Assembly: GCA_965205025.1 (NCBI GenBank)
Contig: CBDBFU010000020.1
Location: 64,001-128,000 of the forward strand
DNA length: 64,000 nt
Origin: Candidatus Poribacteria bacterium
GTDB taxonomy: Bacteria > Poribacteria > WGA-4E > WGA-3G
Direction: 5' to 3'
The notes beneath the pieces are model-generated. The model did no database searches. It saw only the letters and a list, made by a program, of their open reading frames with translations, and was not told the DNA's origin. The translations under genes and the position numbers were made by a program. This document shows positions 31,737-40,549 of the stretch, one piece after another. Every line of letters begins with the position of its first letter. The first letter of the stretch is position 1.

Positions 31737-32762
31737 ATGTATCGTGTCGGTATTATTGGGTTAGGAAGCATTGCTGCTCGTTATTCAAATCCAGATGATG
31801 CTTATCCTTACTGCCATACTGGTGGAATTCGACATTGTGAGACAACTGAATTGGTTGCAGTTGCAGATATGTCTAAAGAACGACAATCGGAATTCCAACA
31901 GACATGGGGTCCAGGTTTTCCTGATGAATCTATCAACTATTATGATTCTGATATTCAAATGCTTGAAAGTGAAGAATTAGATATCATTGCTGTTTGTGTT
32001 AGAGGACCACACCATTTTCCTGTAATGCAAAACGTCCTAAAGGCAGATATTAAAGCAATATTTCTTGAGAAACCTGCAGGATGCTCCCTTGAAGAAGTTG
32101 ATACAATGACAACAGGTGCGGATGCTAAAGGAATTCCTATAGTAGTAGATTATACAAGACATTGGGGGCCACATCTAATCCGTCTACAAACGCTCATTGA
32201 GGATGGTTTAATTGGTGAAGTACAAACCGTCATAGGCTATTGTGGTGGGGGTGTTCTATCGTTCGGTATTCATACTACGGACATGATATGTCAATTTGCA
32301 GGTTATGATCCTGTGTCTGTATCTGGTTTAGTTTCAGGATCAGGTGATGTGCCTGAACCGTATGAATATGAACCTGCGATTGTCAGTGCTACAATAAAAT
32401 ATGAAAGTGGGGTAATCGGATTTCAGGTTGGAAACCATGGAGTAAGGGGAGGATTTTCTGTAGATATACTTGGAAGTGAAGGATCTGTCCAAACCGGATT
32501 TTATACTGGTGTTTCAGTGCAAAAAGGTGGACAACAAGTTGATAATGATACGCTTGATTTACCTGAAAATGCAGGTCCATTCAAAATCGCATATCAACAA
32601 ATTACCGACTATCTTGATGGAGGTCCCTTACCTCATTGTTCACGAGATCATTATACTGCTGTAAATGAAATTGGATTTGCTGTAATTGAAAGTGCTATTA
32701 CTGGACAAACAATAGAACTACCATGTCAGAATAGGACACGTCTTATTTACGCAAATGGTTAA
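31737..32762 (+). CDS. Gfo/Idh/MocA oxidoreductase
   Basis: GIIGLGSIA, FLEKP. Confidence 0.9.
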   Translation: MYRVGIIGLGSIAARYSNPDDAYPYCHTGGIRHCETTELVAVADMSKERQSEFQQTWGPGFPDESINYYDSDIQMLESEELDIIAVCVRGPHHFPVMQNVLKADIKAIFLEKPAGCSLEEVDTMTTGADAKGIPIVVDYTRHWGPHLIRLQTLIEDGLIGEVQTVIGYCGGGVLSFGIHTTDMICQFAGYDPVSVSGLVSGSGDVPEPYEYEPAIVSATIKYESGVIGFQVGNHGVRGGFSVDILGSEGSVQTGFYTGVSVQKGGQQVDNDTLDLPENAGPFKIAYQQITDYLDGGPLPHCSRDHYTAVNEIGFAVIESAITGQTIELPCQNRTRLIYANG

Positions 32763-32774
32763 TTACAAATTATA

Positions 32775-33515
32775 ATGGCATCCTTTAATGACCTTGGAAT
32801 TATAGATCGTTATCTTATTCGGTTATATCCATTTAAGAAATATAACACATCACCTCATACTCCACTTAATAAACCATTAGATGAAACACGATATACACTT
32901 ATCACTACTGGTGGGTTTTATCTTGAAGGGCAACAACCTTTTGCAAAAAGTATAGGTGGTGATTGTTCTTTTCGTGAGATACCAAATTCTATAAGTACAC
33001 AAGACCTGTTAATACAACATAGTAGCAGTGTTTACGATCCAAGTGATACCAGAACTGATGCTAACCTTGTATTCCCATTGGATAGATTTCGAGAATTAGA
33101 GCATAAAGGAAAAATCGGTTCATTAAACCATAGACACTTCAGTTTTATGGGTTCAATCTCATTACCAAGATCCCTTATAAAACTAACTGCACCTAAGGTT
33201 GGAATGCTACTTAAAGAGGATAAAGTAGATGTGGTATTCCTAACTCCTGTATGACCTTTATGTAATCAATCTGTAGGATTGATTCAACGCGCTATCGAAG
33301 ATGTTGGTATCTCAACAGTATCAATTACGCTTGTTGAAAGTGTAGCTAAAAAAGTGAAACCACCGCGGGCATTATCTGTCCCCTTTGATTTTGGACATCC
33401 TCTTGGTGAACCTAACAATCCAACGTTACAACACACTTTAATTTCTGAAGCACTTGAGCTGCTACAAATTGATGAACCTTCACCAATCTTAAAACGTAGT
33501 AGTATTACTACCTAA
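32775..33515 (+). CDS. Selenoprotein of glycine/betaine/proline reductase B (GrdB/PrdB-like) family; Sec at TGA 33252-33254
   Basis: Two ORF-track pieces are in the same frame and read VFLTPV-U-PLC-NQSVGLIQRAIE..GISTV..KPPRAL.VPF.FGHPLG; LITTGG, GDCSFREIP, NLVFPLDR motifs; SECIS-like hairpin downstream. Confidence 0.88.
33264..33284 (+). promoter_or_regulatory. Bacterial SECIS-like hairpin
   Basis: AATCAATC-TGTAG-GATTGATT perfect 8-bp stem with G-containing loop starting 17 nt after the UGA. Confidence 0.75.
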
Positions 33516-33692
33516 TTATTATCACGAGTTGTGCTAAATAGCTTTCAGCAACCAATTGTTTCACATAAATAAAGGTTGTATGAATATCTTTCATTAGTTG
33601 AGACGTTCTTTAGTCCCGTAGGGACGAAATGTCTATAAATGACATTCATACCCGGGGAATGCCATAAGGCATTCATACCCGGGGAATGACTA

Positions 33693-34933
33693 ATGAAGAT
33701 TAATTTTTTAATTCGGTAATAATCCGATCTGGCGTAGCAGCATCTGTGATCCTCCTATGAACTGCGACATAAAACTAATCACCTTGTCTTTCACGATTTC
33801 CCAATCATCGCAATGACGATGGTTATGTAAAACCGATTGACGCACCCATCGCCATAACTTTTCAATCGGGTTCGTCCACGGCGCATAAGTCGGTAGTTGT
33901 ATTATCTCAATCGGAAGTTTTTGTAGTGTTCCGATTTTCTCTGAGGGTTTACCTGTCCAATTCGGTGGCTTCGGTTTCACAAACGATGCTGTTTGCGGGA
34001 GAAGTGCTTCCAATAAGTTAGCTTGAAAGTGGGTTGACCAATTGTCTTGTATCAAATATATCCGTTGCTTGTTTGCGTAGCGTTGGCAAATCTCGGTGTA
34101 AAAAGAATGAAGTGCTTCAGCAGTGCAGCGTGAAACTTGCTGGTAAACAACATCTCCAGTATGTGGGTTCAGAGCCCCGATCCCATAGCACGTTTGGTTG
34201 TGTCTGTAGCTCTGACGGGCTAAAGGTGTTTTCGTGCCTGTTTGTGCCCAGTCTTTTGCTATGGTAGGGTTGCGATAAAACGAGAACTCATCTTGGTAAA
34301 GCGCAACACAGGTCTGTGGATGTTGACGGGTCTCTTCCAAAACTTGCTGGACCCTGTCTATTTTTTGGGCATAGTCTGTATCCGGACTATGTATGTATAA
34401 GCGAGCGCGTTTATAGCTGAGACCGAGTCGACTAAGGATTTTGTGAATACCCGGCACAGACACATCACTGAGCCAAGGGACGATGTTTCCAAGGGATCGG
34501 AGTGTCCATCGTGTTTGATGCGGATTATGTTGTTCAGGTCCCTGTGCGATAGTATTATAGACCTCCGCCTCTGCTTCTTCGGGGGATTTAGGGGAATAAG
34601 CAGGTTTGCGACCACGACCGGGTGTATAGAATAAACCTTGAATACCGTTTTCATTGTATCGGTGAAGCCACGAATAGACCGTATCAGGATCGCGTTCTTT
34701 CAAGAGCATTTTTCGGGCGACTTTGTGAGGGGAAAACCCCTCGCTTATTTTCAAAAAGGCAGCAGCGCGTTCTCGTAGATAAGCCGGTTCGCCTTTATCA
34801 CGGAGTTCAACGAGTTTTTGTCGTTCAGTTTCACTGAGTTCAAGTTTATGATGTTTTGCCATGAATAAATACCTCCTTGAACAAGAGGATAGCACAAAAA
34901 TAAAATTTACCGAATTAAAAAATTAATCTTCAT
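33693..34933 (-). mobile_element. IS630 family insertion sequence
   Basis: 27-bp terminal inverted repeats ATGAAGATTAATTTTTTAATTCGGTAA; inserted at TA in the loop of a GAATGAC/GTCATTC palindromic repeat. Confidence 0.9.
33708..34862 (-). CDS. IS630 transposase
   Basis: HTH, YQDE, IQDN, LPTYAPWTNPIEKLW DDE motifs. Confidence 0.93.
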   Translation of the reverse strand: MAKHHKLELSETERQKLVELRDKGEPAYLRERAAAFLKISEGFSPHKVARKMLLKERDPDTVYSWLHRYNENGIQGLFYTPGRGRKPAYSPKSPEEAEAEVYNTIAQGPEQHNPHQTRWTLRSLGNIVPWLSDVSVPGIHKILSRLGLSYKRARLYIHSPDTDYAQKIDRVQQVLEETRQHPQTCVALYQDEFSFYRNPTIAKDWAQTGTKTPLARQSYRHNQTCYGIGALNPHTGDVVYQQVSRCTAEALHSFYTEICQRYANKQRIYLIQDNWSTHFQANLLEALLPQTASFVKPKPPNWTGKPSEKIGTLQKLPIEIIQLPTYAPWTNPIEKLWRWVRQSVLHNHRHCDDWEIVKDKVISFMSQFIGGSQMLLRQIGLLPN

Positions 34934-35460
34934 ATGTCATTCATACCGTTGATTCCTTGATTCCTTGATTCCGCGCATTCGGCGTTGATTTGGGGAACGA
35001 CTTAATGTCGTTCATACCCGGGGAATGTCTAAATGACATTCATGCCGTTGATTCCTTGATTCCGGGATTCCGGGATTCCTTGATTTCTTAATTCCCTTAG
35101 ACTCCGATCCTCGATTCATCCATTTCTTCTGTGGGCGGGGAATGCCTAAATGGCATTCATACCCGACGAATGCCCGGTGAATGCCTAAATGGCATTCATA
35201 CCCGGGGAATGCCATAAGGCATTCATACCGTTGATTCCGGGATTCCGCGCATTCGGCGTTGATTTGGGGAATGTCTAAATGACATTCATACCCGGGGAAT
35301 GCCATAAGGCATTCATACCGTTGATTCCGGGATTCCGGGATTCCGGGATTCCGGGATTCCGGGATTCCGAATCCCCGATCTTCTCCACTTCTGTAGGATG
35401 TAATTCCGACCCCCGAACTTCTCCTCTTCTCTTCTGTAGGATGTAATTCCGACCCCCGAT
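34934..35460. repeat. Cluster of REP-like palindromes and octamer repeats
   Basis: Multiple GGGGAATGCC-(ATAA/TAAA)-GGCATTCATACC units, (GATTCCGG)n at 35323-35370, CTGTAGGATGTAATTCCGACCCCCGA x2. Confidence 0.88.
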
Positions 35461-35568
35461 CTTAACTACAAACGTATCGTGATACGAAGAACATACCTTC
35501 CAGCACGTTAATGCCAAAAACTTTATACACCCAAAGACAATTTAGTATTCTTCAATAGGTTATATATG

Positions 35569-35903
35569 ATGAAGATTAAGAACATATTTTGGTAATTCTA
35601 ATTTTCCCAAACCCGGTAGGTGCGGTTTCCTAACCACGTATAGGTGTCAATTTAAGGAGAAGTACGCTATAAATTTCAGGTCGGTAGGTTCGGTTTCCTA
35701 ACCGAACCGGGTTTGTTCCAATTGCGTTCATAAAGTTTTTCGCGAAGGAGCCAGTGCGATTAGGAAATCGCACCTACCGGACTGGGAAAACCACTAAATT
35801 GACGCCTATGGTGCGGTTTCCTAACCACGGGGAATGCTAAATAGCATTCATACCGTTGATTTGGATTTTTTCAAAATTACCGAATTTAAAAATTAATCTT
35901 CAT
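35569..35903. mobile_element. Non-autonomous element (MITE) with IS630-type ends and nested REPs
   Basis: Ends ATGAAGATTAA / TTACCGAATTTAAAAATTAATCTTCAT match the IS630 at 33693-34933; absent from leader copies 2 and 3. Confidence 0.75.
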
Positions 35904-35984
35904 TATATATAGGCAAATTCCAATGTTCGTTAAGGACATATTTAAAGTTATTAATTCATTTTTTTTGAATTAAAATTAATTTTA

Positions 35985-36011
35985 TGTCGGAATTCATCCC
36001 AAATTTACGTC
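35985..36011 (+). promoter_or_regulatory. Putative ECF sigma promoter, copy 1
   Basis: TGTCGGA-N16-CGTC. Confidence 0.6.
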
Positions 36012-36109
36012 ACGCTTAGTAAAGGCAGTGATATTTTTCACTGGATGGAGGCAGTGATGTTTTTCTCTTGGGGGAGGAGATGAATGAAACGTCCTAAATC
36101 GGCATTTTT

Positions 36110-36793
36110 ATGGGAACCGGCAGCGAAGAAACGCTACGTCTGCTTATGAAGAAGTATTATGAACCGATCCGTGCTTCCGTTACCAAGATCATAGGAAACC
36201 GTGAAGATGCCGATGAAATTACGAGTGAAACCTTCTTCAAAGCCTTCAATAAGAGAAATACGATTAAGGACCCTGAGAGACTCGTGGGGTGGTTATACAC
36301 CACAGCGAGAAATGCTGCGTTTGACCGAATAAGAGACAGACAACAAAAGGTTAATCAGATGCATGAATTCGTCTCTCTTTATAATGTGGATGGTGAAAGA
36401 GAAGCATCCATGCTTGCAGCACAGCAGGCACAACAGACTGAGGCAGAACATTATCTGTTGAAACGTCTCCTGCGGCTACTACCAGAAAAGGACCTTCAGG
36501 TTGTTGAATACCTATTAGATGACCTAAAGCCGAAGCAGATTGCAGAACTGATAGGTTCCACTGCCGAGGCTGTTCAGAAAAGATGGGAGCGGATACTCAA
36601 ATGGTTACGTCTGATTGCGCAACAATTAGATGAACTAATCAGCGATCTTCCATCTCAAGAACAGAAGATTATGGAACGGTATTTAGACAATCAACCTCTC
36701 AAAGAGATAAGTGAAAAATTAGGTATGTCTCCGAATGACATTGAAGTGCGCGTGAAACGTGTGATAAAGCGGTGGAAGAAGACCGTAACGTAA
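36110..36793 (+). CDS. ECF sigma factor with duplicated sigma4 domain
   Basis: sigma2 DADEITSETFFKA..GWLYTTARNAAFD; two sigma4/HTH units LPEKD..KQIAELIG and LPSQE..KEISEKLG; SD-led ATG at 36080 is cut by in-frame TAA 36095. Confidence 0.85.
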   Translation: MGTGSEETLRLLMKKYYEPIRASVTKIIGNREDADEITSETFFKAFNKRNTIKDPERLVGWLYTTARNAAFDRIRDRQQKVNQMHEFVSLYNVDGEREASMLAAQQAQQTEAEHYLLKRLLRLLPEKDLQVVEYLLDDLKPKQIAELIGSTAEAVQKRWERILKWLRLIAQQLDELISDLPSQEQKIMERYLDNQPLKEISEKLGMSPNDIEVRVKRVIKRWKKTVT

Positions 36794-37241
36794 AACGCCA
36801 CTACAAAGTTAAGCGTGAGAGTAATTGATTTATTTTATTTTGATAAATTACGGGAGAAATGATACAATTTGCAAAATACTACCATGAGAATGAGAGAAAA
36901 CAAACACGATTCGGATGGTATTTCCAAATTGCATTTTTTCCTTCAACTAACACTGACTTCCAACACGGAAATTAGAAAGGAGTAAAGGAAATGACAGATG
37001 TTTTACAATACTTTCACATATAATCTGAGTTTTAGTTGAATGGTTGCAGAGTGAATAAAATTGATTGCTCAGAGAAGTTCCGAGATTTCAGGATTAAAAT
37101 AACTTCAGGTTTTTACTGAAGCCATTTTTAATTTACGGTCTTCTGACCCCATGTCATCTCGTCAATTTTAACTTTACGTTACTGCATGTTTGCACGCTGA
37201 TCGCGTGTAGATAAAACTATAACTCTATAAAGGAGAATATT

Positions 37242-38048
37242 ATGTGGTATAAAATGAGCTGGGGACTTGGTGTTCTCGCAGTTGTTCTGCTTATAGGTTT
37301 CTCTATGCTTATTATTCCCACCCAGATGGAACTTAAGCAGATGCGTGAGGAAGCAAAAGCAAATGAGAAAATATCACAAGAGAAAAGAGACCATGAACAT
37401 TATCAGGCTGATAATGAAACACACGCTGGAATCTCGGATTCAGAACAGGGTACGGAAACAACTGTGAAACCGGACAATCCAGTTAATATAAATGAGAATG
37501 ACAACGTGACTGAAACTACGGAAACGGTTGGTGTTGGCACCGGTGCTAATGGCGAAGTTTTTCGATTTAAAGATGGTATCTATAAAGGTATGACCTATCC
37601 TGAAGCACTGAAGTTTTGGCAAAAACGTGTAAGTGATGCAGAAAAAGAATATAATGATGTCCTTGGTACATACAACGGCATAAAAGAGGCTTTATTCAAC
37701 GCAAGTCATTCAGGAATGGCGATTTTAGTCGGAAGTCTTAGAAAATTACCCTCTAATGTGTATGAGCAAGCAATGGATCGGTTTTTTAAAAATGATCCGA
37801 ACGGTCGTGAAAAATTTGAAGCATATATGAACGAAGTTGAGAAACATGCTTATTCAGGATCCTTAGCGGATCAGGTATCAAGGTTTGAGAATGAAAAAGA
37901 GTATCGGCAAATGCTTAGAGTTTCATGGGATGAATTACGCCCTGAAAGGGATAGGCTTCGGGCTGAATATATGAAAATTTATCTTGAAACGCACCCACTT
38001 AGAGATAAGGAGGCACTTAGAGAAATAAGGAGGCACTTAGAGAAATAA
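37242..38048 (+). CDS. Membrane-anchored hypothetical protein A (copy 1)
   Basis: AAGGAG RBS, N-terminal TM helix, polar linker, helical domain; near identical to 39167-39952. Confidence 0.8.
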   Translation: MWYKMSWGLGVLAVVLLIGFSMLIIPTQMELKQMREEAKANEKISQEKRDHEHYQADNETHAGISDSEQGTETTVKPDNPVNINENDNVTETTETVGVGTGANGEVFRFKDGIYKGMTYPEALKFWQKRVSDAEKEYNDVLGTYNGIKEALFNASHSGMAILVGSLRKLPSNVYEQAMDRFFKNDPNGREKFEAYMNEVEKHAYSGSLADQVSRFENEKEYRQMLRVSWDELRPERDRLRAEYMKIYLETHPLRDKEALREIRRHLEK

Positions 38049-38053
38049 GGAGG
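37996..38053 (+). repeat. Three tandem 18-20 bp repeats CACTTAGAG(AA)ATAAGGAGG
   Basis: Visible directly; extends the protein A C-terminus relative to copy 2. Confidence 0.85.
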
Positions 38054-38067
38054 AATTAAGAAATATT

Positions 38068-38221
38068 TAAAATTAAGAAAGCAACTGCTTTTTTGGCTGT
38101 TAGTATATTTATTTTAACGCATATCTGTTTATTAACTTCTGTTATAGCAGAATGTGGTATAGACAGTTATGAAAAATTAGAAGAGGCTAAAAAGGAATTA
38201 GATCGGTTGAAAACCGTGTAA
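38068..38221 (+). pseudogene. Truncated remnant of secreted protein B
   Basis: Translates KIKKATAFLAVSIFILTHICLLTSVIAECGIDSYEKL..*, homologous to 39956 ORF; start lost. Confidence 0.8.
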
Positions 38222-38331
38222 AACCTTCCGCGGATAGCAAAAACATCGGATCGTCTCCTTAAGTCTCAGTAAATTGCGATAGCAAACTTAACATCCCAAA
38301 AGCCATACCTATTGTAAAAAATAATATTAGG

Positions 38332-38628
38332 ATGCAATTACCTCCTTACCTTCGGAAAATCCTTGTCTGTGTCCTGCTTTTATACCTCATGTTTCTCACT
38401 TTTGTGATACGTAACCAAGGTGTAGAACATCTCTCCGCTGGACACTTTACAGAAAACGATGCTTTCCTTTATTAGTGGATGGCGGAGAAAATTGTAGAAA
38501 ACAGCATCCTCCCGCCCCGTGATACACATCGCTGGCTTCCCCTCGTCAGATAACGCTCAACTGTTACCACTCTATTCTTATGCCATTGCCTATATCCATA
38601 ACACATTGGCGTGGATCTTTCCTGCACT
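38332..38628 (+). pseudogene. 5' remnant of STT3-like oligosaccharyltransferase
   Basis: ATGCAATTACCTCCTTACCTTCG... highly similar to 47663 onward; in-frame stops; truncated by repeat elements. Confidence 0.85.
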
Positions 38629-38756
38629 ATAAGCGTCAATTTAAGCATTAGACTCTTGGTAGGAAGGGATTCCAATCCCCGATCTTTTCCTCTTCTGTGG
38701 GCGGGGAATGCCTAAATGGCATTCATACCGTTGATTCCTGGATTCCAATCCCCGAT
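38629..38756. repeat. REP-like/MITE-end cluster
   Basis: GCGTCAATTTAAG, GTAGGAAGGGATTCCAATCCC, GGGGAATGCCTAAATGGCATTC. Confidence 0.75.
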
Positions 38757-38948
38757 CTTAACTACAAACGTATCGTGATACGAAGAACATACCTTCCAGT
38801 GCGTTAATGCCAACAACTTTATACACCCAAAGACAATTTAGTATTCTTCGATAGGTTATATATGTATATAAAGGCAAATTCTTATGTTCCTTAAGGTCAT
38901 TTATAAAGTTAATAATACAATGATCTTTATGGCTTAAAATTAATTTTA

Positions 38949-38975
38949 TGTCGGAATTCTTCCCAATTCTACGTC
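38949..38975 (+). promoter_or_regulatory. Putative ECF promoter, copy 2
   Basis: TGTCGGA-N16-CGTC. Confidence 0.6.
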
Positions 38976-39005
38976 AGGTTAAATAAAGGCAGTGATGTTT
39001 TCACT

Positions 39006-39087
39006 TGCCGAGGCTGTTAAGAAAAGATAGGAACGGATACTTAAGTGGTTACGTCCGATTGCGCAACAATTAGATGAACTAATCAGT
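39006..39087 (+). pseudogene. Internal fragment of the ECF sigma gene
   Basis: Matches about 36561-36642 (GCCGAGGCTGTT..GCGCAACAATTAGATGAACTAATCAG). Confidence 0.8.
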
Positions 39088-39166
39088 AATTTTAACTTTA
39101 CATTACTGCATGTTTTGCGCGCTGATCGCGTGTAGATAAAACTATAACTCTATAAAGGAGAATATT

Positions 39167-39952
39167 ATGTGGTATAAAATGAGTTGGGGACTTGGTGTTC
39201 TCGCAGTTGTTCTGCTTATAGGTTTCTCTATGCTTGTTATTCCCGCACAGATGGAACTTAAGGAGATGCGTGAGGAAGCAAAAGCAAATGAGAAAATGTT
39301 ACAAGGTGAAAGAAAACATGACCATGAACATTATCAGGCTGATAATGAAACACACGTTGGAATCTCGGATTTAAAACAGGTTACGGAAACAGCTGTGAAA
39401 CCGGACAATCCAGTTAATATAAATGAGAATGACAACGTGACTGAAACTACGGAAACGGTTGGTGTTGGCACCGGTGCTAATGGCGAAGTTTTTCGATTTA
39501 AAGATGGTATCTATAAAGGTATGACCTATCCTGAAGCACTGAAGTTTTGGCAAAAACGTGTAAGTGATGCAGAGAAAGAATATAATGATGTCCTTGGTAC
39601 ATACAACGGCATAAAAGAGGCTTTATTCAACGCAAGTCATTCAGGAATGGCGATTTTAGTCGGAAGTCTTAGAAAATTACCCTCTAATGTGTATGAGCAA
39701 GCAATGGATCGGTTTTTTAAAAATGATCCGAACGGTCGTGAAAAATTTGAAGCATATATGAACGAAGTTGAGAAACATGCTTATTCAGGATCCTTAGCGG
39801 ATCAGGTATCAAGGTTTGAGAATGAGAAAGAGTATCGGCAAATGCTTAGAGTTTCATGGGATGAATTACGCCCTGAAAGGGATAGGCTTCGGGCTGAATA
39901 TATGAAAATTTATCTTGAAGCGCACCCGCTTAGAGGAATAAGGAGGAATTAA
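39167..39952 (+). CDS. Membrane-anchored hypothetical protein A (copy 2)
   Basis: RBS, N-terminal TM; duplicate of 37242-38048. Confidence 0.8.
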   Translation: MWYKMSWGLGVLAVVLLIGFSMLVIPAQMELKEMREEAKANEKMLQGERKHDHEHYQADNETHVGISDLKQVTETAVKPDNPVNINENDNVTETTETVGVGTGANGEVFRFKDGIYKGMTYPEALKFWQKRVSDAEKEYNDVLGTYNGIKEALFNASHSGMAILVGSLRKLPSNVYEQAMDRFFKNDPNGREKFEAYMNEVEKHAYSGSLADQVSRFENEKEYRQMLRVSWDELRPERDRLRAEYMKIYLEAHPLRGIRRN

Positions 39953-39955
39953 AAA

Positions 39956-40492
39956 TTGAAATTATTGTTTAAAATTAAGAAGGTAACTGCTTTTTTTGTT
40001 GTTAGTATATTTATTTTAACGCATATCTGTTTCTTATCTTCTGCTATAGCAGATTGCGGTATAGACACTTATAAGCAATTAGTAGAGGCTACAAACGAAC
40101 TAAGTAAGTTGGAAAACACAGATCTTCCAATCGCTCAAAATAATTTGGACCTAGCAGAGGCCGCCTTTCTTGACTTTACAGAGCGAATAAAATACTATTA
40201 TATTGTTGGTATATTAGGCGGCGGTATAATTAGTGGTCCGGGGGGCATCGTACTTGGAGCAGCGGGTGCAACAATTATGACTGGTATGGAAGCAACTCAG
40301 CTCATGGAAAATATTAATAATGCCCGGGACAGGCTTAAGGAAGTGAATGCTCAGATAAAGACGCTTAAGAAACTATTAAAAACATTTGATGAAACTCATG
40401 GTTTCGATGATACCATTAACAACCCTGATTTCTATGACGATGATGGTGGTGCTAATAATGACGGCGGTTGTAATGACGGCGCCTATGCTTAA
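39956..40492 (+). CDS. Secreted helical protein B1 with Gly-rich hydrophobic core and acidic GGC tail
   Basis: AAGGAGG RBS, TTG start, signal peptide ending AIA-DC, coiled coils flanking GILGGGIISGPGGIVLGAAG, tail DDDGGANNDGGCNDGAYA. Confidence 0.78.
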   Translation: MKLLFKIKKVTAFFVVSIFILTHICFLSSAIADCGIDTYKQLVEATNELSKLENTDLPIAQNNLDLAEAAFLDFTERIKYYYIVGILGGGIISGPGGIVLGAAGATIMTGMEATQLMENINNARDRLKEVNAQIKTLKKLLKTFDETHGFDDTINNPDFYDDDGGANNDGGCNDGAYA

Positions 40493-40501
40493 TTTTGATA
40501 T

Positions 40502-40541
40502 TGTGGTTCCTACACTTTTTGTGCAGGAACCACATTTTTTT
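40502..40541 (+). terminator. Intrinsic terminator between B1 and the OST gene
   Basis: TGTGGTTCCT..AGGAACCACA followed by a T run. Confidence 0.75.
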
Positions 40542-40549
40542 GTGAAAGA

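Larger units (their letters stand above)
35456..36042 (+). repeat. Cassette leader, copy 1 (other copies about 38752-39005 and 44581-45742)
   Basis: CTTAACTACAAACGTATCGTGATACGAAGAACATACC... through AAAGGCAGTGAT..TTTTCACT occurs three times. Confidence 0.9.

Noticed and set aside
34934-35460. Possible CRISPR array
   Set aside because: Repeat units are irregularly spaced, intervening DNA is itself repetitive, no unique constant-length spacers, no cas genes in window
35012-35517. Minus-strand ORFs AFPGYECH.. (also 44383-44577, 50664-50939, 57418-57714)
   Set aside because: Translations of REP-like repeats without RBS or protein features
36991-37023. Short ORF MTDVLQYFHI after a strong RBS as a peptide precursor
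   Set aside because: Occupies the position of B2 in copy 3 and is more simply a decayed gene start; no supporting features
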